From Octopus sinensis (Eukaryota): DNA of 64,000 nt. Shown here piece after piece: positions 12,343 to 25,690 of this stretch (positions are counted from its first letter, which is position 1; each line of letters begins with the position of its first letter). The stretch spans positions 98,270,001-98,334,000 of the forward strand of contig NC_042999.1 of NCBI RefSeq assembly GCF_006345805.1, read 5' to 3'. The notes beneath the pieces are model-generated. The model searched no databases and was not told the DNA's origin. It was given only the letters and a program-made list of their open reading frames with translations. A program made the translations under genes and the position numbers.

Positions 12343-12560
12343 GTGTGTGTATATGTTTGTGTGTCTGTGTTTGTCCCCCCAACATCGCTTGATAACCGAT
12401 GGTGGCGTGTTTACGTCCCCGTAACTTACCGGTTCGGCAAAAGAGACCGATAGAATAAGTACTCGGCTTCCAAAGAATAAGTCCCAGGTTCGATTTGCTC
12501 GACTAAAGGCGGAGCTCCAGCATGGCCACAGTCAAATGACTGAAACAAGTAAAAGAGTAT
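11856..12560 (+). mobile_element. CORE-type tRNA-derived SINE (octopus OR-like) with a palindromic insert in its internal (TA)n
   Basis: Head ggtgcaggagtgg..., CORE-like ccttgggcaagt, internal microsatellite, tail ...tgactgaaacaagtaaaagag; same family as 17600-18002 and 32743-33150. Confidence 0.85.
12123..12289. repeat. Perfect 80-bp inverted repeat with 7-nt loop
   Basis: 12123-12202 is the reverse complement of 12210-12289; loop aaattaa. Confidence 0.95.
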
Positions 12561-14163
12561 AGAATTCCTAATAATATTTACTTATAAAAATATAATAGGA
12601 TTTTCTTTAACATGAGGTTCCAGTAGACTAAAATAGGAATCAAAAGGATCCAAAAGCAAAAAATGTCTGATCTACTTAGTTATAAGTATGTACTGTGTAG
12701 AAGTGTAACCTATTGCCTTAAGCAGCAGTAGCATTTTTGATGTGATGAAGCAGCGTTTCAGAAGCAGTGTTCGATTCCACTTGTGGGAACAGCTACCTGC
12801 TGCAGACCGAAATCATATCCTAGAGAGATGGGTAGATTTATCTCTCCTTCACTAAATACTTGAAAACTACAGATAAGCGCTAAACTGTAACGTTTACATA
12901 AGTGCCTTACGGGGTTTTGTTTCTTTCCTCTATACTCCGAATTAAAATCCAAGCGGGTTTTCACTAAGCATTTCATACCTACTAAGTCGATAATATATAT
13001 ACGTGATCAGGAATCGACATTATCGACAGCACAGCTTTGCTGAAAAATTAGTATACTATGCCAATATAGAGTATACCGTGCCAATATAGATCAATAATAA
13101 TAGTGCCGACACCACCGTTTGGAATAAATGAACAAATTTCTAGATTCTATATCAAGCATATACATCTATCCGCTCTGCTATCAAGATGTGACAACCACAG
13201 CGTTCATGACCTAAGAAATGGGAGATAAAAAGAAAATAACAAGACCACCGTCCAAGGGAGGTAATATACATTTTTCTGCATTTTTAGGGGATAAATAGAA
13301 ATGAAATATTATTGTAAGCCCGACCATTCCCAAATGTAATAATAAATAAAATTTTAGGATATTGTTTATCTCCTTTAATAAATTAATAAATCAATAGTAT
13401 TTTTCTCGCTTTCCGTATATTATACAGTATGATAATATGTAATATATTCCTCGAAATTTGGTGAAAGAAATTGTACATTAAATCTCATTGCACAATAGCT
13501 ACACCACAGTAATTCAAAATATTAATTTTTGACTAATGTTATCCTTAGAACTAATATTATATCCTTAGACCAATATTATCCTTAGAATCCTTAGTTTGAT
13601 TTGTGCTGCATCGTACATCAACCCATCCTTGCCCACCATGTATGTCTCTTTACTGCAGAGGTTATCATGGGTTTATTAAGACGGATTTTGTAGCTAGCTC
13701 TTAATTTAGCCCTCTTTTAATTATTCGAACTTGGGACAGACTGCTATCCTCGTTTGAATGAAATTAACCGTGAGGAGATCAGCAGATTCTGAGTGGGAAA
13801 GAAGCTGGTAGCTAGATCAACATCAGTATTTGATTGGTGCTTTATTTACCGACCTTGGAAGTATGGAAGTCAAAGTTGGCTTTGGTGAGGTTTGAACTAA
13901 GAATGCAAAGAACTGAGAAAATACCTCAAAACATTTGTTCGATGCTGTATCGATTTTGTTCGCAAATCCGAGACTTCGATACTGCTACACATGCACGTGC
14001 ATCTTAAATGGCAAACAAAGAAAAACTAACCTGCTAATTAGCAAATCCTACCTCATCAACACATGACATCATCTAGTACACTAACATGGTGTGCATATAT
14101 ATATGTATATATCACTTCGATCTCTTGTACTGTTCTACAAAGCTTCCGGTTAAATAGTTCAAT

Positions 14164-14475
14164 GTGGAGGCGCAATGGCCCAGTGGTTAGGGCAGCGGAC
14201 TCACGGTCGGAGGATCGCGGTTTCGATTCCCAGACCAGGCGTCGTATGTGTTTATTGAGCATAAACACCTAAAAGCTCCACGAGGCTCCGGCAGGGGGTG
14301 GTGGTGACCCCTTTTGTACTCTTTTGCCACAACCTTCTCTCACTCTCCCTTCATGTTTCTTGAGTAACGCTGCGATGGACTGGCGTCCCGTCCAGCTGGA
14401 GGGAACACATACGCCACAGAAACCGGGAAACCGGGCCCATAAGCCTAACTAGGCTTGAGAAGGGCGACGTTTATC
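14164..14475 (+). mobile_element. Full-length tRNA-derived SINE with 15-bp TSD
   Basis: A box tggcccagtggttagg, B-box-like ggtttcgattccc; TSD gttaaatagttcaat at 14149-14163 and 14476-14490; 3' half shared with 20912-21162. Confidence 0.9.
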
Positions 14476-14784
14476 GTTAAATAGTTCAATACCACCCACC
14501 TCCCCTTCCATTCAACTTCACTGTACCTCACTATCCACAAACCGTGCAACAAACAATTCGTAAATCTCGGAATTGTATCTGCTGCAATATCCTTTTCTCC
14601 AGCAAATATATGACCAAAAATATTACACCTGTGACCAACTTGTTAATTTTTTTTTTTTTTTTAATAAAATGCGATTTACTTTGTACTGCATTATCTTGGA
14701 TACATGTATCATTTTTAAGATGGCAGGGTATGATTCGAAGGAAATTTAGCTGTTATTGCTAACAGATTTAGTGACTTCATAGAG

Positions 14785-15096
14785 CAGGCCTGGCCAACTC
14801 GAATTACATTGCGGGCCACTTTAATTACAGAAAGTTTTTGGGGGCGCTGCTTGTGTACTTTGTGCACTAATTCTTATGGTATTATTACAATAATGAATGA
14901 ATGATCATTGATTCAACATGAAATATCATCGTTGCATAAATAGTAGTATCTTTCATTTTTACATTTCATTACAATATTAAATTTTGATAAAATTTTTTAA
15001 ATGTTTGTTTAAATAAACCCATTTCAAGAAGGCATCAAGTGGACCGCAAGATAAAGTCTGCGGACCAAATACGACCAGCGGACAAAGTCAGCCCTA
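14785..15096. mobile_element. hAT (Charlie-like) MITE
   Basis: Starts CAGGCCTGGCCAACT; perfect 8-bp TSD tcatagag at 14777-14784 and 15097-15104. Confidence 0.85.
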
Positions 15097-15155
15097 TCAT
15101 AGAGGCTCTCGTTTTTCAGACAAGCTATGACAGAAGTCAATATTGAACATTAATT

Positions 15156-15595
15156 AAGGCAGCGAGCGGCTAGAATCGTCACCGCACCGGAAAAATTGCT
15201 TTGCAGCATTTCATTCGCCTTTACGTTCCGAGATTCCGGGGTCGACTTTGCCCTTCATCTTTTCAGGGTCGATAAAATAAATACCAGCTGGACACTGACA
15301 TCGATTTAATCGACTTACTCCTCTCCCAAAATTACTTGGCTTGTACCAAAATTTGAAACCAATATTAAACTCCAAGGCAGCGAGGAGGCAGAACCGTTAG
15401 CATGTCGGGCAAAATGGTTAGCGGCATTTTGTCAGTTTTTATGTTCTGAGTTCAAATTTCGCTGAGGTTGACTTGCCTTTCATCCTTTCGTGGTTCGATA
15501 AAATAAGTACCAGTTGAGCACTGGGTGTATTTAATCAATTTAGCCCCACCTCGCCCAAAAGACTGCGGGCCTTGTGCCAAAATTTAAAACCAATA
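15156..15595 (+). mobile_element. Two head-to-tail SINEs (GCCTTTCATCC core family)
   Basis: Each has an aaggcagcgag head, gtcgac..gcc(t/c)ttcatc core and ccaaaattt.aaacc tail. Confidence 0.85.
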
Positions 15596-15715
15596 CTATA
15601 TCGTATTGTATTATATTTTCAAAGTTCTTCAAGCGTGTTGAATACTTCTTTGGATTTACTGGCACCTTACCTGCATAAGTACATGTATGTGAGCTACTTC
15701 TATATTAATAGAAGG

Positions 15716-15864
15716 CACTAGCGTAGCTAGAGTGTGTGCCGCCTGGGGCGGCCCTTCTGTTTGTCGCCCCCGGACCCCACAAAAGACACATATTGCCTAC
15801 AGCAGACGCAAAGTGCCGCCCGGGGCGGATCGCCCCTACCGCTCCCACCCTAGCTGCACTAGTG
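15716..15864. mobile_element. MITE with CACTAG termini and 8-bp TSD (hAT-like), copy 2
   Basis: CACTAGCGTAGCTAG ... CTAGCTGCACTAGTG; TSD atagaagg / gtagaagg (7/8). Confidence 0.85.
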
Positions 15865-15927
15865 GTAGAAGGGAATTAAGAATGTGATATATATATATAT
15901 ATACATATACACACGCACACACATTTA

Positions 15928-16002
<75 letters not shown>

Positions 16003-16014
16003 GCAAACACGCCA

Positions 16015-17285
16015 CGTTGGTTATACCAAAAATAATGCAAAAGTTGGCCTTAACTGATAAAAGTCGTTCAAATTGCACGTGTTGGTAGAATAACTCTTTC
16101 TCTTAACTACTCAATGAAATCTCCGTCTCAAACAACGCTTTTGCTCCATTAGTGAACCCAAATCTGGAATCCTTTTTTAAAAAATTCAGATGTGCACTGT
16201 TGTGCCCACTACTCCACTGCCACTTTCACCTCATCGGTGTCATCAAATCATCGTTGTCACACCCCGTGAAACTGATCTACATCGCACAGAACATGTGGAA
16301 GTTGTGGGGTGTCAGATCAGGGCTGTACGGTACATGGAAGGACAAGACTAACCCAGTTTTTCGAATGTCCATTTTTTTTTTTGGAAAAAAATGTATATGG
16401 TCATGCACTGTAATGGTGAATAAAGATTGTTTTCAGATTCTTGTTCAGTTTTCTCCTCTCCCTCAAATGGCTCTTCTAAGCCATTTGAGTTCCTCGCCGT
16501 TTTACCGTTCACGGTATCGCCTGTTGCGTTCCAAACAATTTAGGAGAATGCTGCCCTTGTCATCCCCCAAAACAGTCACCATGATTTTCTGAGTCAACTC
16601 TTGAACTTCTTAGACTTTGAAGAAGTGTCATGCTATTCTACGAACAGAACCTTCACTTCCGGGTCATAATGATACACCAATGTTTCATTCCTCGTCATCA
16701 GATCAGAAAAATAAAATCCTTCATTGACTTCAAACGCTTCTAGCAGATCAGAGCACAATTCTACTCCTTTCTCATGCAAATCAAGTTTCAAATGCTGAGG
16801 CACCCACATTACACACACTTCTGGCATCCAAAGTCTTCACTCACATTCTGTTCTGTATAGTTACCACAGTCTACTCATGCAAAACCTCACAGATTCTGTC
16901 TCGTTCGTCCTAGCATATCAAGTCGCCCATTCGTTGACGATTCGTTTCTGTGGTCGCCGTTGCTGATATCCCTCTGCAATGTTTGATTTCAATGCTGATT
17001 TCCGCCTCAACCCACACATTTTCATCTTTCTTCTTCCATTTCTGTCACATTGCTTTTGTTAGTGATGTCATCTTCATAAACAACAAGGAGCCTTTTGTGG
17101 ATGTCGAACAACCAGCACACCCCTTTCGTCAAGAACTTATTGATAGCATATGGCTTTTGCCCAGACTCCATTGCCAACAATGAAGTACAGGAAGAAAATT
17201 TACTACTCGGAAAAAAGTACTCTGCCAACATGTGCCGTTTGTTAACAAAAATATTAATCTCACTTTTGCATTACATTTCGATACA
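16015..17285 (-). mobile_element. Degenerate mariner (DD34D-type) transposon, near full length
   Basis: WVPQHL, LMTRNETLVYHYDPE (=TGDETW..YDPE) and PYSPDL motifs on the minus strand; inverted aatgcaaaagt motifs at ~16034 and ~17262. Confidence 0.8.
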
Positions 17286-17399
17286 TATGTGTGTGTGTGT
17301 GCGCGCGCGCGTCTGTGTGCGTGTGCGTGAGTGTGTGTGTGTGCACGGGTATATATATATACATATATATATGTGTATGTATATATATATATATATATG

Positions 17400-17463
<64 letters not shown>

Positions 17464-17599
17464 TACAAATTGAGATAGGGGTTGTAAATGCAACCCTCCA
17501 TGGGATAACATATATCCAATATACTGCTAGTGAAGTACCCAACAAAGTTAATACATAAATGTTAATGATTACGATGTAATCAATTCATTTACTCCACTT

Positions 17600-18002
17600 T
17601 TCTCTTTTACTCTTTTACTTGTTTCAGTCATTTGACTGCGGCCATGCTGGAGCACCGCCTTAAATCGAGCAACTCGACCCCGGGACTTATTCTTTGTAAG
17701 CCCAGTACTTATTCTATCGGTCTCTTTTGCCGAACCGCTAAGTGACAGGGACATAAACACACCAGCATCGGTTGTCAAGCGATGCTAGGGGGACAAACAA
17801 AGACACACAAACACACACACATATATACATATATATACATATATACGACAGGCTTCTTTCAGTTTCCGTCTACCAAATCCACTCACAAGGCATTGGTCGG
17901 CCCGGGGCTATAGTATAAGACACTTGCCCAAGGTGCCACGCAGTGGGACTGAACCCGAAACCATGTGGTTGGTAAACAAGCTACTTACCACACAGCCACT
18001 CC
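17600..18002 (-). mobile_element. CORE-type tRNA-derived SINE (OR-like), full length
   Basis: Reverse complement of the 11856 family, including head, cacttgcccaagg CORE segment and tail. Confidence 0.9.
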
Positions 18003-18271
18003 AGGTAAAATGATTTACCACAAATTACTAATACAAGATAAGAAAATGGAGAAATACATCTAAATCAAATATCAATTACCAGATAATACTCAATCACATA
18101 CTTTATTAAACCACCACATAAGAGACTGTAGGGTTAGATATAAAAGCAGAACAAATCAGTGTACATAAATGAATGTACATAAAAAATGTACATAAAAAAG
18201 TAATGTTGTATAATAAGTAGAATATATATAAAAGAGAATATAAATATAAGTAAATATAGATATAAGTATAG

Positions 18272-18407
18272 ATTACATCTTACAGCTGTTTCGGCCATGT
18301 AGATAAGTATGTCTCATTTTACCAATATTAGCCCTTTATGGTAGGTCAATATATATATATATAAATGAGACATTTACAATAATATCATAAGGCCTCTTCG
18401 GAGATTA
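18272..18407 (-). ncRNA. Type I hammerhead ribozyme-like motif with long stem-II insertion
   Basis: Minus strand atct-CCGAAGA-ggcc-(~94 nt)-ggcc-GAAA-cagctg-TA-agat; stems I and II pair and stem III is the palindrome CAGCTG. Confidence 0.65.
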
Positions 18408-19534
18408 TGCAATATAAATCAGTCCACATATATACCCACATGGGTGTGGGTGCATACCCATAATTCAACATATACATATACATATGAGTGCATATACTCA
18501 CACTCTTATACATATAAAAATATACATATACATAATGATATAAGTAAATAATAATATAAATTAGTAAACATATATATGTGTTCCACATCCAATGTCTCAG
18601 TTTTTCGACTCAATATTGTGATAATAAACATACACAAATTAGTACCTAGATGCAAATATACATAGTCAATAGTACATTATATTGCTTCATACTAATTTCT
18701 AAAGTGTCATTAAAGTTATCATCATTATCGTTGTCGATATCATTAATGTTATCATTATTATCATTCATAATATTATTAATAACGCTTACATTAGGATCCA
18801 GAGCGGTATATATTTATGTCCGGGTTCCAGTTAGTAATTTTCCTTATGACATAAATACACTATTGGATTTGAATTTAAAATTATCATTATCTTCCGCACG
18901 GTTGGTCAATTGAGAGCAGCCCGACCTCCACCACACCGTACAAGCAAAACATCCACATCCACATCTAACCCTAAACCCACACATCTACACAGAGACTCAC
19001 ACACACATGCACACACACATGAATACACCCCTACACCTCTCTACACATTCGCTAAGTTGCAGAGTGCATGTCTGTCATCACATGTCTTATAGACAAATCA
19101 GTACAGGCAGCAGTGTCTAACACTAACACACACACTCACACGTACATCCGCCTATACGCGTAAATATTAATACACTTTCCTATACTGTGTCAGGGAACTT
19201 TCGCACACACATATATATATATATTTAAATATATATCTGCGCACTCATACGTACAAATAAAACCTATATTTATATCCACCCATGAATAAATATTCGCATA
19301 TACATTTATACACATCCAATTACGCACCTGCGTGCTCATATGTGTAATAAAAACGCACATCCGTACATCCACCCACTATCATACCTATATGAACAAAAAC
19401 ATATATACGTACACATACACATTTTCACACACCTACAGAAATTACTATTAACTTAGAATAAGTTTATTAATTATAAATCAAATTAATTATGGATTAGTAA
19501 TTGCCAAATAAACAAAAATAAATAATTAATAATA

Positions 19535-19596
<62 letters not shown>

Positions 19597-20223
19597 CCAT
19601 GTATAGATAAATAGATAAATAAAATGGAATACAAATTAAGGAGGGCACAGAGATAAACCTAATATAGTAAGGATAAGTGGATACCCCGGAATGCACCCAC
19701 ATGCACATACATGTGTATGCACGCCCCCGCACGGACACGTGAGCGCGCAACGTATGCGTGGATGCTCACGCGCACGTGTACGCTGACGCACAAACTCCGG
19801 TGCAGCGCCACCCGAGCCCACGCCTGTGCCGCAGAAATCGCATAACCCCCAACAAACCAACCGTAAAAAAAAATTTTTTTTTAAAGAGAAAAGAGGAACA
19901 CCCACCTTATATGCTCACCTAGATAAACAACTTATAGTAATTATAGACTCTCACATATTACATATTAGTATAGCAAAAGCTCAAGCTAGTGCCCTAAGAT
20001 AGGATGCGTATATACATCTTGCACCTATAAAAGACTCTGTGGGGTTCCGAATATCATGCATATATCAGAATAGCTATATATTTTTTGTATATTTTTCCAG
20101 TCGGGACAGAAACAATCAATGCAGAACACATATATGGAGACACAAAAGTTATAAATCATAAATTGTAAGGACCAATAGTACAGTCCTATATAGATGAATG
20201 CTAAAAGATTACTGGTAGAAGAA

Positions 20224-20763
20224 TTAGATGTTATTTAAATCTAGAGAAAGTGTACGCCAATTTGTGAAGGCAAAAAAAATTTCGCTGTTAATAATGGGTT
20301 GGCCGGCTTTGATGATGAAGAAAATTTCATTGATACATAAAGAGCATTTCTTATTTCTACTATTGTATACGGGTGCAGATGTTAGTATTTCCCAATCTAA
20401 TTTAAAATCTATGTTCTTACTCTTGAGTTCCCAGATATACCTACTTAAACCCGTAGAGTTCATCCTATTTTTATTTTTAAAAGTATATCTATGAAAGTTT
20501 AGCCGTTGTTTTATACTATTTTTAGTTGCACCAATGTACACCCTGCTATTATATTGTGTATTTACAGTGCATTGGTAAACCACCTCTCTCCTCAGGCATT
20601 TATTACCAAACACACATTGATTCTTGCTTCTGCAATTGCAGCCATTAACAGATTGAGATTTAACCCTTGCAGAAATCCCCGTAGCCCTATTTCTGTTGAT
20701 ATTATTACACTTATTTTCACTACTACCCATGTTTATCTTTCTATCATTATAGAAGCAATCCAA
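20224..20763 (-). pseudogene. Penelope-like GIY-YIG endonuclease domain (Neptune-like)
   Basis: CNCRSKNQC..NKCL..VVYQC..VYIGAT..KQRLNFH..STGLSRYIWELK..CSLCINE. Confidence 0.9.
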
Positions 20764-20788
20764 TTTCTTGTTGTTGAAGGAGGAGATG

Positions 20789-20879
<91 letters not shown>

Positions 20880-20911
20880 CGTATGTATGTATGTATGTAT
20901 GTATATGTATA

Positions 20912-21162
20912 TGTGGAGGCGTGTGGTTTAGTGGTTACAGTGTCAGCATCATGATCATAAGATTGTGGTTTCAATTCCTGGGCCGGGCGACGCGTTGTGT
21001 TCTTGAGCAAAACACTTCATTTCACGTTGCTCCAGTCCACTCAGCTGGCAAAAATGAGTAACGCTGCGATGGACTGGCGTCCCATCCAGCTGGGGAACAC
21101 ATACGCCATTGAAACCGGGAAACCGGGCCCATGAGCCTGGCTAGGCTTTAAAATGGCGCATT
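20912..21162 (+). mobile_element. tRNA-derived CORE-like SINE
   Basis: tggaggcgtgtggtttagtggtt head; ttcttgagcaaaacacttc core; 3' half near-identical to 14362-14465. Confidence 0.85.
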
Positions 21163-21217
<55 letters not shown>

Positions 21218-21254
21218 CTACAGAGAGAGAGTGAAATATGCTATATATCTTTTA

Positions 21255-21475
21255 TCTGTTCCTTATTTCACTCATTACACAGAATTTTTAGTCGAATGAA
21301 TCGTTTTTAAGCCTGATACTTATTCTATTGATGTCTTTGACCGAACCGCTGCGTTTCGAGGACGTAAACACACCAACACTGGTTGTCATGCGGTGGTAGG
21401 GGACAAACGAACACAAACATGCGCACACACACGCGCACACGCACGGCACGCATACACACATACATACTTACATAC

Positions 21476-21529
<54 letters not shown>

Positions 21530-22040
21530 TGTGTGTGTGTATGTATGTATGTATGTATAAGTGTATCAGCCCCACCGCGTGGCACCTTGAGCAAGTTCTT
21601 TTAATATAGTTCCGGGCCGACCAAAGCCTTGTGAGTAGATTTGGTGGATGGAAACTGAAAGAAGCCCATCATATGTGTGTGTGTCCATCACCGCTTAACA
21701 ACCGGTGTTAGTATGTTTACGTCTCCATAACTTAGCAGTTCGGTCTAAGAGACCGATAGAATAAGTACTAGGCTAGAAACAAACAAAAAAACTCTTCGGA
21801 TCGCTTTGTTCGACTAAAACCCTTTAAGGCGATGTTCCAGCAGGGCTTCAGTCAAATAACCGAAACAAGTAAAAGAATATATATACGACGGGCTTCTTTC
21901 AGTTTCCGTCTACCAAATCCATCCACAAAACTTTGGTCGACCCGAGGCTATAGAAGATACTTGCCCAAAGTACCACGCCGTGGGACTGAACCCAGAACCA
22001 TTTGGTTGGGAAGCAAGCTTCTTACCACACAGCCACGCCT
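21255..22040. mobile_element. Cluster of OR-like SINE fragments in both orientations
   Basis: Segments homologous to 11856-12560 and 17600-18002. Confidence 0.75.
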
Positions 22041-22217
22041 GCGCTTATGTTAAAAAATATGGAACGCTTCGCGAATTTACGTGCCGTGTGTGCGTGTGTA
22101 CGTTTGTGTGTGTGCATGCAGTGAGTGTGCGGGCATGCGTGTATACTTGCATGTATGTGCGTGCATCTATACATGCTTGCATGCATGCAAGCTTGACAGT
22201 GAGCGAGCGAGCGAGTG

Positions 22218-22261
<44 letters not shown>

Positions 22262-22959
22262 CGCGTTCATGCCTGGGTATATGCGTGTTCCTACTGTATT
22301 TGGATGTTTATTTTTATTCTTTAACATAGCAGAATGTTCAAGTTATCAAACGCATATAAAATACAGAAAACAAATGCATGAAATTCTCATATTTACACTT
22401 ATGCAACGATAGAATGAGATAACGATAAAACTGGTCCCACTTAGACAAAGAAGAACAAATATAACAAAACCGAGAACGAAATAGCCGGTCATGAGAACGT
22501 AATTAAATATATATGTATGACTTAGTCAGCAGTAAATATCTTTAAAAAACTTTCAATAAAAAGAAGAAAAAAAAGAAATAAAACGAAGCGAAAAGAATGA
22601 TTTCAAATGCTAACTAGGGTTCTTAATTGATAATGAAATTTTCTCTTGCAATGAGTACAGAAAAATTGCAAAAATTACAATTATTTTTTTATGGTTTGAA
22701 AAACCAAGTCACTAATGCGTCCGTAAAATCTACGGACGAGCAAAAGTGATATAATCGAAAATACTATCCTAGTTACAATCGTAAAAAATCTCCCGAATTC
22801 GGAAGAAAATGATAAAAAATGTATTTCAGTACGAATACAGTAAATGAACATTTTAAGCATTTTTAAAGAAATTTATAAATCATGAGAAGATAAGTTTTGG
22901 TATTAATTTAATTCTTTTTATTTTTCACTTCAGTTTAATCCACTTTAAACCATTTAAAG

Positions 22960-25690
22960 CAGTGGGTCTTAACCTGAGGGGCGCGCCCCCTAGGGAGGCG
23001 TCAGTAATTTCCAAGGGGGTTGCGATCCCTTGAGAAAAAGCAGGAATTTCTCTAATTATATTCATTATTCCCTTAACGAGAGCATGGTCAAATAATGGGA
23101 GGTTTATGAAAAAATGCAAATGTATCGCCAAATACCTTTAGTTTTCTCATTCTACTATCTTAGCGCTGCTTACCATTTTCTGTACTTATTGACACCCCTT
23201 CATATCCCTCAAAACCCTCACTAATTCTGAATTGTAGCTGTAACAGTTGCCTTTACTTCGTAATTTTGTTTGTTTTTGTTTGTTTGTTTTTTTTTTTTTG
23301 TTTTTTGTTACAACAAGACTCGGGTTAAGAACCAGCTTCGATATTAATATCATATAAAGACAAACATATTTTTTGATATATTTAAAATAAGAAATATAAC
23401 AAAAAGTAAGTAATAGGTTCTACTAAAACACAGATTGGGAAAATAGAGAATTTTAGCAATAAAACAAAAATTTTTAATATTAAATGTTTATGTTAAAAAT
23501 ATAGTACATTTTTTTGTAAGAAAAAAAATTATAATATTAAGTCAAATATTAAACTATAATTCAGATTTAAATATTACAGAACGTACGAGGTAAAACAAAA
23601 AGCTATGCAAATTTTTTGCCTTTCATCCTTTCGGGGTCGATAAATTAAGTACTAGTTGCGTACTGGGGTCGATCTAATTAACTGGCCATCTCCCCCAAAA
23701 TTTCGGGCCTTGTGCCTAGAGTAGAAACGAATATTTTATTGTACAAATTTTTTGTATAATTTTCTTTTAATTTAACTTTTATTCCAAATTTTTTTGTTTT
23801 AATTTTTTTTTCAGAACTTTTTATTCCAACCATTCTAACTCGGGTTAGTTTTCTAACTTGGGCCTTGACATTACCTTACACATGCCTTATCTTTTGTTCA
23901 CATCTTTGTGTTGTCCCTTGCACATCAAATAATTCGTAATGTGTACGAAGAAACGGAAGTATCTTGACGAATATATTCGATTTGGATTCATGTCCCTCCA
24001 AAAGGGTGATACAGCAGTCCCCCAGTGTGTGATATGTTGCAAAACTTTGAACAATGATGGAATGCGACTCTCACGCTTGGAATGCCACTTGAGGACAACA
24101 CATCCTGCCCTTGCAGATATGCCCAAGGCATTCTTTGAAACAAAAAAAAAAATCCTTGACGCAAGTTATCTTCGACGGTAGTGAGGCATTTCGGCAACAA
24201 ACTTCAATGGTCATTGATTGCAAAGAGCAAGTAGTGCCATAACATCGGAGAGTCTCTCATCAAACCAAGTCTACTCCGTGCAGCAGAACTCGTTCTGGAG
24301 AAAGATAGTGCAAACAAACTTTCCCCGATTTCACTATCAAACGATACAGTCAAGGGAAAGATCGACGACTTGTCTTAAAACATCAAAAGTCAAATTTTCG
24401 ACCAAATAAGGGATCCTCTTGTTTTTGCCATCCAGCGTGACGAAATGACTGACATCGTTCAGTGTTCTCAGCTACTGGTATATGCTCGTTTTGTGTCAGG
24501 CAACTGTGTAAAAGAGGAAATGTTGTGCTGTCACCCTATGGATAGCTGTACAACAGCAGCAGCTATTTTTCGTGATGTATCAAACTTCTTTCAGGAAAAC
24601 CAACTTTCCTAGGATTCGGTAGTTGGTGTGTGCACTGAGGGAGCTCCAACCATGCTTGCTCTACAGTCTGGATTCATTACTAGGGTGAAAGAAAACATAT
24701 ATCTGTTGTAGGTACACACTGCATACTTCATCGTGAAGCCTTAGCATCCAGAACTTTAACTTGCCTACTGAAATGAGAAATTCCTGAACTTTGTTAAAGG
24801 TGGATCCTTAAACAGTCGTCTTAAAGGTAGAGCCTTAAACTGTTTTGTAAAGATATGGAATCTGAACATGAAGCATTGCTTTTTCACACGAACGTACGAT
24901 GGCCATTAAAGGAGAACATGCTTGGACAACTTTATGAACTACGAGAAGAAGTAGCAATACTTCTAGATTTGCTGCAGAAAGCAGATCTCCATGACAAGTT
25001 CCAGTCTGAAGGCTTTCATCAATCTCTAGCTTACCTGGTGGACATCTTCGAAGCGTTGAATGCTCTCGACCTTAAACTACAAGGGGAAAACATCAACATT
25101 CTCACGTACCACGACACCATTCGAAACATCATGGCCAAACTCGACCTCTAGAAATATTGAATTCAGTAGGGAAATACAGCCAGTTTTAGCTACTTGGAGT
25201 CTGCTCTCATTCACAGTAACTTTGATTCTGAGTTAAAGGAACAAATAATCATTCATCTAACTGACTTGAAAAAAGAATTCATCAGATTCTTCCTGGATAT
25301 AGATGAAAAGCGTGAAGCTTGGAAATTCATCAGGAGCTCATTTCAGTGTGAAGTGACTGGTGTTTTGGATGAGGTGCAAGAGGAGTTTCTTGAGCTGAAG
25401 TTCAACTCCCCAGCTAAGGAAGACTTCCAAGAATTGGATCTTGAAACCTTCTGGATTAAGTACCTTCCTGTTTACGCTCTGATCTCACACCATACCTTCC
25501 ATTATTCGGATTTTCGCTATGTTTGGATCTACGTATCTTTGTGAAGTTGCATCATCCATGCTCGATGCTGTCAAGACCAAGTACAGAAACAGGCTGAATG
25601 CTGAAAGGGACATATTGTGCACTCTCTGGCTTTCATCTATGCATTCAAGATCTTGTAGCTAAGAAGCAGTGTCAAGTATCTCACTAATAA
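22960..25690 (+). mobile_element. hAT Buster/Charlie-type transposon (left TIR plus transposase; right TIR not found)
   Basis: CAGTGGGTCTTAACCTG terminus after atttaaag; transposase downstream; a SINE fragment is nested at ~23615-23735. Confidence 0.6.
23939..25687 (+). pseudogene. Buster/ZBED5-like hAT transposase with stops and frameshifts
   Basis: KRKYLDEYIRFGF..PQCVICCKTL (BED-like), FAIQRDE, CTEGAPTM, HCILHREAL, LLFHTNVRW, LAYLVDIF, terminal KKQCQVSH*. Confidence 0.92.

Larger units (their letters stand above)
11726..12675. mobile_element. hAT (Charlie-like) MITE interrupted by a SINE
   Basis: Left terminus CAATGGTTCTCAACC; right end degenerate, so its boundary is approximate. Confidence 0.5.
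18005..20790 (-). mobile_element. 5'-truncated Penelope-like element (GIY-YIG end, long 3' region, hammerhead-like motif)
   Basis: GIY-YIG ORF at 20224-20763 and a hammerhead-like motif at 18272-18407 on the same strand; AATAAA on the minus strand near 18103; continuity of the intervening sequence is inferred. Confidence 0.55.

Noticed and set aside
13218-13693. Putative two-exon micro-gene (MGDKKKITRPPSKG|EVIMGLLRRIL*)
   Set aside because: Only 25 aa, no homology recognised, and the apparent donor overlaps the dispersed AAGGGAGRTAA motif
14164-14240. tRNA gene
   Set aside because: The tRNA-like sequence is a SINE head: it continues into a SINE body and is bounded by a 15-bp TSD
16152-16592. 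146-aa + strand ORF
   Set aside because: Antisense to the mariner transposase remnant
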